64,000 nucleotides of DNA, taken from positions 15,562,001 through 15,626,000 of the forward strand of contig JAQFVV010000006.1 of NCBI GenBank assembly GCA_028023455.1, in the 5' to 3' direction. The translations under genes were made by a program, and so were the position numbers. Below are positions 13,070-25,290 of the stretch, in pieces (the first letter of the stretch is position 1; every line of letters begins with the position of its first letter). The notes beneath the pieces were generated by a model, which did not search any database, was not told the DNA's origin, and was given only the letters and a program-made list of their open reading frames with translations. This DNA comes from Epiperipatus broadwayi. Taxonomy: Eukaryota; Animalia; Onychophora.

Positions 13070-13800
13070 TTCTTGTGTTGTGATACGATGTGATGCGCTA
13101 TCGCGTCTCCTTTATTAAAGTCAGGAATCTCTCAGTCAACATGCCTAGAGAAATCTGTTAGCCATTTTACCTTCCCTTTACATTCCCCACCCTAAGTTTT
13201 TCCCATATACTTCTTTATTCTGAACCATTCCATTTCCACATCATCATCTTTGTCCACTCTATAGCTTTTATATCTAGACCCCCCCCCTTATTTTTTCCAA
13301 AACCAGAATAAAAACCAACCCACTTTCTGTATAATTACTTTATTTATATTTATTTTCATACAACTTTATTATTTGTATTCTTTCTGCATGTAAGCACTCA
13401 TATTGAATTAGCAGGTGCCGAGTATTTTCCATGCTTTCCTTACAATAACTTGCAGACTAAATCACCCACAGTTCTCCATTTATGTGTATATTCTCTTGAT
13501 GCTAATGATCCTGTTCAAACCTTAGACAATAACCTACTTTCCTTGCTATTAAACTCTTTTTACTCTCCATACTAGTTCTCCATCTCTCCGACTCCCTATT
13601 TTTTTATTAATACATCTATTCATCTACCCTATTCCTTGCCACTATAGCACTCAACAATCCTTCTAACACAATCATCCTTTATCCAAATCTGTATACTATA
13701 CTACCTTTCTTACCTATCTTTTTGCCTGTTCTTTACTCGTAACCCAATTAAACACTATTTTGGCTATTCTTACTCAGACATGTCTAAGCAACTATATTTA
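13070..13800 (-). mobile_element. Second copy of CCHC-type LINE 3' end
   Basis: Colinear with 5170-5950 (tttgtccactctat, ttgcagactaaatca, aacccaattaaa anchors). Confidence 0.65.
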
Positions 13801-14229
13801 TGATTACTACAAATTTACTATGCTGGCAATTATTATATCACTCGAGGCCCAGATATAAAATTTAAAAATTATTTAAAGATTAATATATTTATTATTATTA
13901 AATGCAATGACATGGCATCAATAATCCAATTCCTCTTTTTGCTTCATGTGTAATATCATAGATATACTTAAAATTTCTGTTTTACCACACTCATTTAAAA
14001 CATATGAATGATGACATTTGGAAAGGGTGAATGATAATCTCTAGTTAAATAAATAATTAGTAATAGTCATTAATATAAGGCACCATGCAACACATAAGTA
14101 GAAAAAACTTGGCGGCATTTGTGAATTAAATTTAATATATACAGAATACAGGTGATGAAGAGATGTGAGATATGGTGACTTGGGTCACCTGATGAGTGTT
14201 TACTCAATCTAAAATGCCTCTTAGAGTCA

Positions 14230-14450
14230 TTTATCTTTGCCACATCTCTCCAACAAACCATTAATCATATCGATCCATCTCACACATGGTTTTTTTCTAA
14301 GTCTTTTGCAATTTGCTATGCAGCTTAATCAATTATTCTTCTGTTGTCATCACTTCTAGTGACATTTTGCAGTCTAACTTCATGTAAGTTTCTTAATTCT
14401 AATAATATCCACGAGACCATTGGATGGTCTAAGTTTTATTGTGATTCGTT
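14230..14450 (-). mobile_element. RTE LINE 3' remnant
   Basis: Reverse-complement similarity to 12000-12200 (atccatctcac, ttttctaagtcttttgcaat). Confidence 0.55.
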
Positions 14451-14544
14451 AAAGGTATAATTAAGAAAGATTCTAATTAATTGTTTTGTTTGAAATATAA
14501 TTTTATTCAGAGTAGAGAATGTCACACATATGCATTCTTGGTGT

Positions 14545-14800
14545 TTTCCTGAAGGGTTATGATGATGGTTTTCTAGTTGTATTTTATATTGGACTATTTC
14601 CATCATCTAATTTGAATATTGAATGTCTTTAAAAAAATTTAACTTTATTTAAATACTCCAAATATATTCAACTGATAGTAATAACACATTAAACAGGATA
14701 GTATAAAAATGTTTTGAGAGATATTATTCTTTCCTCTTCTTCAGTTGTTGATGGCCTGACCACTGATAGTACTAGCAGGGGATTCAAACCTGGGCCCTTA
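14545..14800 (-). mobile_element. Family F tRNA-derived SINE
   Basis: B-box GGTTTGAATCC on minus strand at ~14790-14780; colinear copy at 59000-59240. Confidence 0.55.
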
Positions 14801-15069
14801 ACAATTGATAATGTATTTGGAATATTTAAATAAAGTTAAATTTTTCTAAAAGCATTCAATACTCATATTAGATGCTGAAAATAGTCCACTATAAAAATAC
14901 AAATATACACTCTTCTATTTATGTTCAGGTGAGACCCAAAGAAATGATTTCTTCTATTTGAAATTTTGGCAGGCAAAAATTAGCGTTTATTTCAAAAGAA
15001 TTAATTCAATCTGATACAGATCTACTTAGTAATTTTAAAAAAGTTAACATTAAACTATTTACTATCATC

Positions 15070-15285
15070 ATCATCGGTTTCAAATATTAATAATTAATTG
15101 CAGAAGGAAAATTCCAAGTTTAATCCAGTTTTCCAATTCGTAGCATTTTTTTTTTACACTATGCCTATAAACTTCCTTATCTCATCCGTACATCTCACAC
15201 GTGGTTTCTTTCTAGGTCTTTTACAATTTCCTAAAATGAGGTTAAAACTTCAATTAGATGCATATTATCATTTTGATAACTTTAT
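15070..15285 (-). mobile_element. RTE LINE 3' remnant
   Basis: catctcacacgtggtttctttctaggtcttttacaat matches RTE RPxxRW region; (atc)n tail. Confidence 0.55.
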
Positions 15286-15639
15286 TTGTCTTTAATTCTT
15301 TTACTGTACGGAAGTATTTGTGGATACATTCGTAATTACTGTATTTCCTTTCTTTTCGATTAGCTTAAATATTAATTTCTTTTTTTTTTTACTTTTCCCC
15401 CTTGCGGTGAAAGATTGAAACATTAGATGAAAAAGCAATAAAATTTATAAGTAGATATTATAAATGTAAAAATCACTTTAATTGCTTAATCTATATATAT
15501 GTAGTATGTGCGTGTCTGCTTACATGTGTTAACACTTGCCTGATGTCTAATTTATTAATTGTCTCATCTGATTTAATACTCTGACAACTCATATAAATTG
15601 TAAATTACTACAAATTACATTCTCAAATTAACTTTATAT

Positions 15640-16260
15640 TGTATGAGTCATACGCACGGCGTGAATGAAAAAAGAATAAAAAAGAATCCATTGCATCATG
15701 GGTAAAGTCAAAACCTCCAGTAATTGAATAAAATAGCCTGGTCGAATATTGTGAATTCACTCCAACAGTTTAATCTGAGGGGACACTTGATGTAAAATTG
15801 ATCAATTTGTGCACCATGAATTGATCTATTTGGATTAATTTTATTTACTCACTCTATAAAGTGAACTATTACTAAAAACTCAACAAACAAAAGATGTCGT
15901 AGGTACCGACGCTCAATTTTCACTCATTTAGACAAATGTTTCCTTTTCAATAGGAAAGAAAATCCATTATAAGCGATTAATTTAGGAGGGAAATTGAAAA
16001 TATTTCAAAGTCATATCACGCTGTATATTTAAATAAAGTTAATCATCGTGCACATATATATGTTTTAAACTTAGTAATTAAATATCTATTTTGTTTACAT
16101 TTTTTTCCATTAAAGTAAATCATCACCAGGCATTCAAGGGTTTTGATTGGTTCTGATAATGCTGTTTCACGTTAATCCGTTACCGATGATCTTTCGCCTT
16201 CTTGAATTCAGAGTAAGTAATCTCTAAGGCGATTCTATAAATATGCATCACGTAAAAATG
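15640..16260 (+). promoter_or_regulatory. Possible CpG-retaining promoter and first non-coding exon
   Basis: Many intact CpGs in a CpG-poor window; ATTGG (reverse CCAAT) at ~16146; donor-like CAGA|GTAAGT at 16213. Confidence 0.3.
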
Positions 16261-16399
16261 TCTCGGGTTTTCTTTTCGCTCCATCCGGAATACTCCCCCC
16301 CCACACACACACACAAAAAAAAAAACCCTACTATAACGCAAATTGTGTCCAGTCTTCTTCTTTTGACACCCATCACGTCTAAAACATCTCATGAACACC

Positions 16400-16590
16400 G
16401 GATGGTTGCATTAGATCCAAAGATCTCAGATCCAGGGTTCCTCACTGGTGAGGGCCATGGGTTAGAAACTGGCTGGGAATATTCAATGAGTATGCACTGG
16501 ATATGGATTTTGATGCGCAAACCTTTTTAGCATTCATTGCTATCTATGGCTTGTACTGTGCACTATCGTATGGAGAGAGTTGCAAACGTT
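16400..16590 (+). mobile_element. Family A element, diverged
   Basis: tcctca CTGGTGA gggc catgg gtta GAAAC tg gc tgggaa; core mutated. Confidence 0.7.
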
Positions 16591-16807
16591 TTTATCTATC
16601 ATATCTGTTGTGTTTATATTGTAGCATGACCAAGAGTAATATTCCTGGTCATTTAAGAATACACATAACTTTGTAAATAAATATCCTATACAATATACAT
16701 ACATATTTATAAGGAACTTAAATTGAGACTTTTAAACTCTCCACAGCTATCCAATCCATTTTATACAACTGATACACGTGACCACATGCATGTGAAAAAG
16801 ATGGAGG

Positions 16808-16860
16808 ATCTCCAATATTCATATTTCATGCTAAACCAACATTCATCAGTTGGTCTAGAT
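16808..16860 (-). ncRNA. Type I hammerhead ribozyme, family B, intact core
   Basis: Minus: ATCT AGA CCAA CTGATGA ATGT TGGTTTA GCAT GAAAT ATGA ATA/TTGG AGAT; stem I CCAA:TTGG plus ATCT:AGAT; AUA triplet; predicted cut between 16816 and 16815. Confidence 0.75.
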
Positions 16861-17280
16861 AACCATCTTCCATATATATATAATCAGTGCTGAGTTTATA
16901 TGAAGATAGCAAATCTTTAAACTTTAATGGATAAGCTTCAATCTTCTTCACTCTCAAACTTTTCAGCCATCCATATCAATGAAATTCAAAGGATAGAATG
17001 CTCAAAGTCCTTGTTGATGCTAATATTATTGTCATACCCATATTAACCTTAGGATCATTCTGACCCCTTCCCACCCATAGGACCTTAATATGTACATTTA
17101 ATTATACAGAATAGAGATGGCCGAATACAGGCTGAATATGTAATATTTAAATACATGTATATTGTCTATACTCAGTGTAATCATAAGGAACTTGAACTCA
17201 GCCTTTCAAACTCCCTACAGGTATCCAAACCATCTTATACAACTGATAAACATGACCACCTACATGTGAAAAAGATCAAT

Positions 17281-17334
17281 GATTTCCTATATACACATTT
17301 CATGCTGAACCAGCACTCATCAGTTGGTCTAGAT
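17281..17334 (-). ncRNA. Type I hammerhead ribozyme, family B, weakened stem I
   Basis: Minus: CCAA CTGATGA GTGC TGGTTCA GCAT GAAAT GTGT ATA TAGG. Confidence 0.55.
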
Positions 17335-18529
17335 AACCATCTCCCACACATATATGCAATTGTTGCTCAGTTTATATTAAGATAGCAAATCTTCAAACTT
17401 TAGTGGACAAGTCTCAATCTTCTCCATTCTCCAACTCTTCAGCCATCCATATCAATGAAAATCTGAGAAAGAAATGCCTTTTCACACATAGGACCTTAGT
17501 ATGTCCATTTATAATACAGAAGAGGGATTGATAGAATACAGGCTAAATATTTAGCTTGGAAAGAAATGTGACTTCTCTTAAAAACTCTAACACTTCCAGA
17601 GAACTAGTGGTTTGCATCATATGCAGCCACAAAAATGATTGCAACTAGCAGCTTCCGGCTCCAGAATAGAGCACAATACTGTAAACAAGCTGACATTGTC
17701 TGAACATGTGGAAAATTGATGTCCGATTTCTCTCTCAAATGGATCTCAATTTATAGTGAGATCTCTGTTCTTACTAAAAACAATTGGATTCACTGACTTC
17801 ACTCTCCAATTGACCTATTGTCAATTCATTGGTCAGTTTTATTGTAAGTTGAATCCGTTCTTGATAATGTTGTAGTAAGGACAAGTCCATTAATTGAGGG
17901 TAAGCTTAGATGAATCCCCAAAAATGAGATCAAATTTTTATAAGCAATGTCTTGTAAAATTTATGCATTTGGTTTTTTTTTTTATCTATCCTATTATATC
18001 AATTCCGACTTCTTATAATGCCACATTTAAAGTCCAAGTTTATGATCCATACAGTGCAATTAGTCAAACATAGAAAATAATAAAATATATCATACATTAA
18101 TAAGCTACATTTGTGTGATGGGCCTTCTAATGTAATAATACGTGTATCTTCATGCTTAAATATGAGTAATATAAAATTTGGACCCCCCTCCATTTTTAAT
18201 TAGATTTAGAGTTGTTTTTTTTTTTTTTGTAGTTAACTTAGTTATCTAATTTTGATTGGAAATGGGTATCCATTCCTATCTGTTATATATTAGAGAATAG
18301 AACAAGTCTTAAAAAAACCTGTTCAAATCCTGGTCACTTGAAAATTGGAAAGCTTTGAATTAATGGTTACTCTTTGCTGTCTCTTAATGGGATACATAGG
18401 GATAAAGAATTCTTTGGTCTACAATGGTTTATTTAAAAGAAAAGAAATGATTCACCATGTTTCACATATGTGCAAAATTGAATAAGTGCAAAATTCATTT
18501 CTCAATGTAATGACCAAATGATAATCATT

Positions 18530-18785
18530 ATTTCACAGAAGCAAAACTCTTCATACAGCAGTACCACTCAGTGCAAGCCAGAGTCGTCAATGGATGCAGG
18601 AAGGTTGCTGCATAAGATTCCTATGTAGTGCCCACTTTGAGTCTGAAAGGAATTTTTTATGTGTTAACCTTTCTGCATCCATTATTCAGGCTTGCACTGA
18701 GTGGCAAGTACTGTATGGAGAGTTTTGTCTCTGTGAAAAACAGTTTGTGTAAGCATAAAGAATGATGATCGTGTGATGTTTGATG
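18530..18785. mobile_element. Family A foldback fragment (no HHR core retained)
   Basis: 18531-18630 inverted at 18650-18740. Confidence 0.85.
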
Positions 18786-19369
18786 ATAATCATTATTAAT
18801 ATTATTTAACCATTGCTTGATTACTTACTATATATGTGGCCCTATGTAGTTTAGTATCTGAGCAACAGAATGAAGAGTAAATAATCCCTAAATTGCAGCT
18901 TAGTTTTACCATTTTCTGCGGAATGAGGAACCATTAGATTACTTACAATTGATCTGCTTGAGCAGACTAAGATTAATCTTCAAAGTTATATTATAAACCT
19001 TAATAAGCCTTTTTACTTCATTAAGTTGTAAAGTATTCAGTATCCTGCTTTCATTACTATAGTGACGGAGTGACAAATTCAAGAGCGGATGCTTCACAGA
19101 GAGAAATTACATTTTGTCACCTCAGTGCTTGAATGTCATATGACTTCCCTAGCATCAGACCATTTGATGTTATAGCAATTAGAAAATAAAAGTAATTGAA
19201 ACAATAAGTATCACTTTAAATTTGGGATTATTTTGAGGCATACAGATAGGTAGGTGCAACTATTCCATAATATTTTACAACCAAGGGTAAGCATATGATT
19301 ATTGCATATAAACTCTATTTTAATCTTGATTTAAATGAAAATATTAAATGTTTTAGTTTAATCATGCAT

Positions 19370-20110
19370 TACACGATCATCATTCTTTCTATTTAAACAA
19401 TCTCTTTACATAGATGCAAAACTCTCCATACAGTAGTGCCACTCAGTGCTAGCCAGAGTAATCAGTGAATGCAGAAAGGTTTGTGCATAAAATCCATATC
19501 TAGTGTCTACTCATTCAATATCCCCAGACTAGTTTCTAGCTTGTTGCTTTCATCAGTGAGGAGCTTGGGATCTGAGAGCACTACATCTAGATCTTAGGAT
19601 CTAATGCAACCCCCTCCCCCTAGCAGCCATCTTTTATTTCTACTTAACTACAAAACTATGAGTCTGAGAATGAAAGAATAATATTTTCAATCCAAGCTCA
19701 CTATCCTATATAGTCATTTAGGTCTGAACTCAGTTCAGTAACCATACATTTTGGTGTCTTTGGTTCTTTAATGACCATAGCCACTACTATCCTATTAGGC
19801 AGGATTGGTATTAAGCCACTAAACATTCACATGATCACCAATTTTTATGCTTGCTCAAGCTGTTAAAACAGGTAAAACTCTTCATACATTAATAAATGCA
19901 GAAAGGTTTATGCATAAAATTCCTATCTAATGTCTAATCATCCAATATACCCAGACTAGTTTCTAGTTTGTGGCTTTTATCAGTGAAGAGCGTTGGATCT
20001 AAGGGCACTATACTTAGATCTTAGGATCTAATGCAGCTCTCCAGCAGACACTTTTTACTTTTTTTAGCTAACTATAAAGCTTTGAGTCCAAAATAGAAAC
20101 ACAATGATAT
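19370..20110 (-). mobile_element. Family A head-to-tail tandem, period 456 bp
   Basis: aaaactct at 19418 and 19874; second HHR (19941-19996) has CTGATAA. Confidence 0.9.
19521..19562 (-). ncRNA. Type I hammerhead ribozyme, family A, intact core
   Basis: Minus: TCCTCA CTGATGA AAGC AACAA GCTA GAAAC TA GTC/TGGGGA. Confidence 0.8.
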
Positions 20111-20134
20111 ATATGATTATACAAACTAATGACC

Positions 20135-20410
20135 TTTTCATTACTGTGTTTTCATTTTGAACTCAAAGCTTTATAGTTAGCTAATAAGGTAAAAGAGGGC
20201 TGGAAGGTTGCATTAAAATCCTAAGATCTAGGTGCAGTGCTCTCAAATACAAAGCCCCTTGCTGATGAAAGCCACAAGCTAAAAACTAGTCTGGGGATAT
20301 TGGATAAGTAGGCACTAGATAGGGATTTTATGCACAAACCTTTCTGCATCCATTGATTAATCTGGCTTGCACTGAGTGGCACTACTATATGGAGAGTTTT
20401 GCTTTTGTAC
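20135..20410 (+). mobile_element. Family A inverted arm following the tandem
   Basis: CTGATGA at 20262-20268, AAAAC in place of GAAAC; reverse complement of the adjacent tandem's second unit. Confidence 0.85.
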
Positions 20411-21539
20411 ATGATTAATTGATTAAACATCAAGTGCACCTTCAGATTAAAACTTCTGGATCAAATTTATAGATCTTTATCCAGTGCAAATTAATCAATT
20501 ACTAGAGGTCTTACATTTATGTACTGAAAAAAATTAAATGACTGTGGCTTGGAAGGATGTGGGCTAATTGAGCTTTGATCCCAGTAATGTTAGTTTAAAA
20601 AAATCACCACACTTCTATTTACTAAACTATCCAGGGTATATTACCCATAATACAATTCTTAGTTTAAGTCATTGGTTACCCATAATGCTTAGTTTGAGCA
20701 ATCCTTTACCCATGATTCAGAGTTTAAGCAATTGCGTACTGATAATGTAATAATTACTTTAAGTATTTCTTTAGCCATGACACCATATTTAATTCAAACA
20801 ATTCTTTAACAATGATACTGAACTTAGTTTTGAGAAATTTGTCTATTGTGAAATGCTTAGTTTAAACATTTCTTCATATAATATGTATTATTTACTTTAA
20901 GAAATTATGAAATGAGCTGAATTTTAGCATAATGACTTCTTTGTCCATGTAACAAAATTTAGTTCAAGCAATTCTTTATTCATGATGCAGTACTACCTGA
21001 TCTCTGATCTCATTTGTAAAAGTATAGTTACCTGATGCTAGCACTCTTTTAGCATTAATTCATTATGTTTTGAGATGACGTATACTGATATCTGGGGAAT
21101 CTGCTTTTATATATCCATAACAAGCCAATGACATTTCATTAATAATGGGAAAAATTGAGACTATTTTCATAAATCAGGCAAATCTTTCATTATTGTGGCA
21201 ATTTCATCATATTTCTAAAATCCAGGTAAAAAATTTTTGACCATGGTCTTTGGCAACAGAATGTTCTTCATTGGCAATGTGGTATATATTTTTATTGTTT
21301 GGCATTTGAATTTACCATTAACAATTTTTACTTAGATTCAAATAGAATAAAACCTCTAATATGCACAAAAAGAATACCTATAGGCTCATCACCCACAGAA
21401 AGAGAATACCTACTCCACCAGAGGTGAAGAGCACATTATATTACACCATATTTTTTGTTTCTACGCTCATCACATTGACACTCATCTTTCCAATCTAAAT
21501 TAATTTGATATCTTTATTTTTTAATACATAAGTACCCAT

Positions 21540-21875
21540 TTACTGATCAATATGAAATGGGTTAACTTTAAAAAGAAAAATCCTAAAATTGTCACATCTT
21601 TATTTTTTTTAATGCATAAATAAGGATATTTACTGATCATTATCGAAAGAGTTAACTATATAATAAAAATCCTTAACTTGCCAATTAATTTGACATCATT
21701 AATATATAAATACCTATTAATTGATCATTATCGAAGGGGTTATCTATACAGCAAAAATTCTAGACTTGCTTGTAATTTGAAAAAAGTTCCTCCAGCTAGG
21801 ATTTGAACCTCACTCTATGAGCATGACTGATAAAAACTTCAAGTGCTATAGACAAGGAAGGCCATTGTAGTCCAA
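21540..21875 (-). mobile_element. tRNA-derived SINE head with three degenerate ~95-bp repeats
   Basis: GGTTCAAATCC B-box on minus strand at ~21810-21800; repeats t(t)tactgatcattatcgaa at ~21540, 21630, 21720. Confidence 0.4.
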
Positions 21876-22479
21876 ATAAGTGTATTATTATTTACATTTC
21901 ATCTGGTAATTTTTTAATATTAATTTTTGATTTAAGTAAGTATATAATCACAATCTTCTCATCATTATCAGTTGAAATACAATTTTATTAATGGTTCAAT
22001 TAAAAACATTGGCACTCATTCATATTAGAATATCGAACAATTCCGATCCCGTTTATATTCTTGTTTGAGAAAGACTGCTATTTGTCAATGCGATTATTTT
22101 AACAAAAAGTCAAACTTATTTTCTTTTAGTTTATTATTAACAATTCATGTTATTACGACTAAAAATCATCCTAAAAATTATTCCATAAAAAAAATATAAA
22201 ATATAGATAATAATTGCATCTAATATTTGTTTTTGTTTACAGCATCTCATGATATGAAGAAGAGAGTAAGGGTTCAGTCTAAATATTGATATTACTGTAC
22301 TTATAAGTGTAATTGTATGTTTTGATAATGCTACCTATGTTTTGTATACTGTATGTCCTATGCAGTTTACGGCAGTAGTAGAGAGTCAAAAATTAAGTGA
22401 CATGGTCCCATGACTTTTCATAAGCTTATTCCTATGCTTCCAAGAATGATTCTTTCTATTCACCATAATCTGGAAATAT

Positions 22480-22650
22480 CTACAGAAAGCTTAAGTAATC
22501 GATGGATCCTAGATTGTATATGGACATACAACATCCTAATCCTTACACCGGTTTTGGAATTTTGCGTTCATCAGTGAAAATTAGGATTCAGAGTTAGAAC
22601 CTTAATTATCTAACAGCCACCTTTTATTTATACTTTTCAAGCCAATAGCC
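22480..22650 (-). mobile_element. Old family A-like subfamily copy
   Basis: Minus: cctaattttca CTGATGA acgcaaaattc CAAAAC CG GTG taaggattagg; downstream cagccaccttttat as in family A. Confidence 0.5.
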
Positions 22651-22739
22651 TGAAACTTTTTAAAAAAACTTTCATATGATTTGAATAAAAATTAACTTAT
22701 CTAAAAAGTAATGTATCTCTGATATGAGTCAGTTCCTAT

Positions 22740-23100
22740 GCTCCAAATAATCTTATATTAATTAACAACGCCAAAGAGAAACTGCCATTGGTTGGCAAAT
22801 CACATATAGTATAAAACTCCAACACAGTAGCACTCCTGAGCAGCTATATATTATGGGGAATCAAGGGCAAACATTGCTACAAGAGTGGCCCAACACAAAT
22901 ATTTATATACATGAATAAAAAATAATCCTGAATATAAATCCATTTTCTGGGAACATGCACAACAATTTGCTCACAATCTAGTTTGCATGGAACAAGAAAA
23001 CTGGAAGAGAGAAGTTAAAGAGTGTGGCTTATCATCAACTACAGTCATACCATTAATAATAATGAACACAGTATTCAACTTTGAACCAAATGGAATATGC
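22740..23100 (+). mobile_element. Penelope-like element GIY-YIG endonuclease remnant
   Basis: INNAKEKL...IYYGESRANIATRVAQHKYLY...SIFWEH...EQENWKREVKE; homologous to 51600-51900. Confidence 0.7.
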
Positions 23101-25129
23101 AAAATCAAATTGAATAATTACAACAACTATTCCTCAATAAATAGGATAGCATACTTAGCCAATCAGTGAGAGCTATGATTTTGGTCAGCTGTTACTAAAT
23201 GAAAAAAGACAGGGACTGATTCATATAAAGAAAATAATAAACTTTTTTTGGTTGCAGATATTATAAATATTTTACTAACTGTAGGTTTCTTTTGTTTAGG
23301 GTATTAATCTACATAGGCACAACAAGCTAAATGTTTAGGCCTATAGTTGGAATAACACTGGGATGAATAAAATATATAAAAATTGATTTAGTGTCAGATC
23401 TATATAATTATACAAGTGAATTACATTGAGTTCAAAACCCTAGGGTTTTTTTAATTTCAGCTATTAGCTTAAGTAGGATAAAGAAGTAAAAGATTGCTGC
23501 TGGATGATTAAGTAATTAGTTTCCACTTTGAATTATAATTAATAACAGATGCAGGCATTTAAAAACTGGTCTGGCAATACTAAGATTATAACAGTATACT
23601 ATATGGTATCTATTAATTACAAAAACTTACAGTAGATGGTGCTAAAATAAGCTCATGGTAGCTGATTGGTTACATTTTTAGCCAATAACCATCATTTTTA
23701 TCCACAATTTTTTTTAATTATTTCTCAGTAATATAAGTTTAAAAATGAATATTATTTTTAAAAATATTTCAACTTTGCAAGTATAAAAAAAGTAATAAAC
23801 TGAAATATGTAATTAGAAGAAAGAAGGTTGTTCTTTTGCTATTAAAATATTTAATAAATGAAATCAGATTTGTTTTTGCTCTTTTTTGAAAGTCTGAATG
23901 TTCAGATTCTGCAAAGAAGTTTTAAATGCCAACTCCCCTCCCAAAAAAAAAAAAACAATGGCCACAGTCAATATGAATATGTTTTTTAATCAGCCAATCA
24001 CAACTTTCTATTTTACCATTATAACATTCTTTTGTTTTGTCTTCTTTAAAACAAATATCCTAAAATAAAATTTAATTCTAGTCATAAATATTTTTGTTAA
24101 AAAATAAATATTGCACAAATATTTTGTAAAAGTAATTATAAAAATATAAATAAACTATAAAAAATATATGTTCACATTTACAAAATCTAAACAAAAACAC
24201 GAGTACTCTCAAAAATTCTTACGAGCACTTCCAGGTCTTAGAATAATGACACTATCAAACAGTTACACTGTTTATTCATTTGTATAAGTTTCTGAATACA
24301 ATTCTGGCATTTTGAGATTGCTTTCAAAAGTTAATAATTCAATATTATTTTAAATCGAAATTTTGCCATCAAATGAACACACAACTAGAAAATGAAAAAA
24401 ATTGAAAACAAAATGGTCAAATCAACACCGTTACATATGAAAAGTATATACTTTTAGTTAGCTACTAATTACATTAAGATTCTTTTAGATATTATTGTAA
24501 TTGCTAATGGTTTAATTCTAATATAATTATAAGATGAAAAAAAATAATGAAACTAATCATTTAATAGATATGGGTACGATATTTTCCATATTTCAATATA
24601 ACTGACATATATAGATTTGCATGTTTATAGATTATATAAGGTGTTGAGGGAATAAGTCAAATAAGATTTTTCTGAACCTAAGGTTTTTTTTATCTGAGCT
24701 TTATGATTTATTGTTTATTTTTTGAAGAATTAGCAACTACAATAATGTGTAAAAAAATCCTAGTTTAAATACTATGTTAAAAGTATACTAATGCTTTAAA
24801 TCATTTATATGAGTAGGTAAAAGGTATGCACAGTACTGGAAGTCATTGTATAACCTATTAAATCAATTCCCAGTGCTGATTCAATATTTTATGAGGCCAC
24901 AGATTGCAATTTAGGAACACTGAAAATTTATTTGATTAGTTATATATGTAGAATTTATCCCAAACAAAATATTGACTGCAAAAAATGCCTTTATCAGTTA
25001 TAATAAAATAGTCCTTCATTATATTAGAGATTATCCACTTAATGAATAATATTTCTGTAGTGTAATTTTCACTAAGCAAATCTCATACAAGGTAGAGACT
25101 GTTTCTTTCTGCTTTTAACATCTTGTGGA

Positions 25130-25290
25130 AGGATGCGATCATAAATATGCAACGAGAGATATGTGAAAAAATGTATAAGCCCCAAAATGCATATTTCATG
25201 CTTACCTAGGACTCATCAGTTGATCCAAATCAGAACCTCTTACACCTATCTTCAACATTGTTCAGTATATATAGATAACCAATTACTACA
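25130..25290 (-). mobile_element. Diverged family B fragment with HHR core
   Basis: Minus 25230-25181: ATCAA CTGATGA GTCC TAGGTAA GCAT GAAAT ATGC ATT TTGG. Confidence 0.55.

Larger units (their letters stand above)
16700..17530 (-). mobile_element. Family B head-to-tail tandem, period ~474 bp
   Basis: ataaggaactt at 16709 and 17183; tcatcag at 16843 and 17318. Confidence 0.85.

Noticed and set aside
14186-14215. CTGATGA hammerhead-like start
   Set aside because: No stem II followed by GAAA and no stem I partner
19715-19745. GAGTTCAGACC as a Pol III B-box in family A
   Set aside because: Poor consensus match and no A-box or cloverleaf; unlike family B, not supportable
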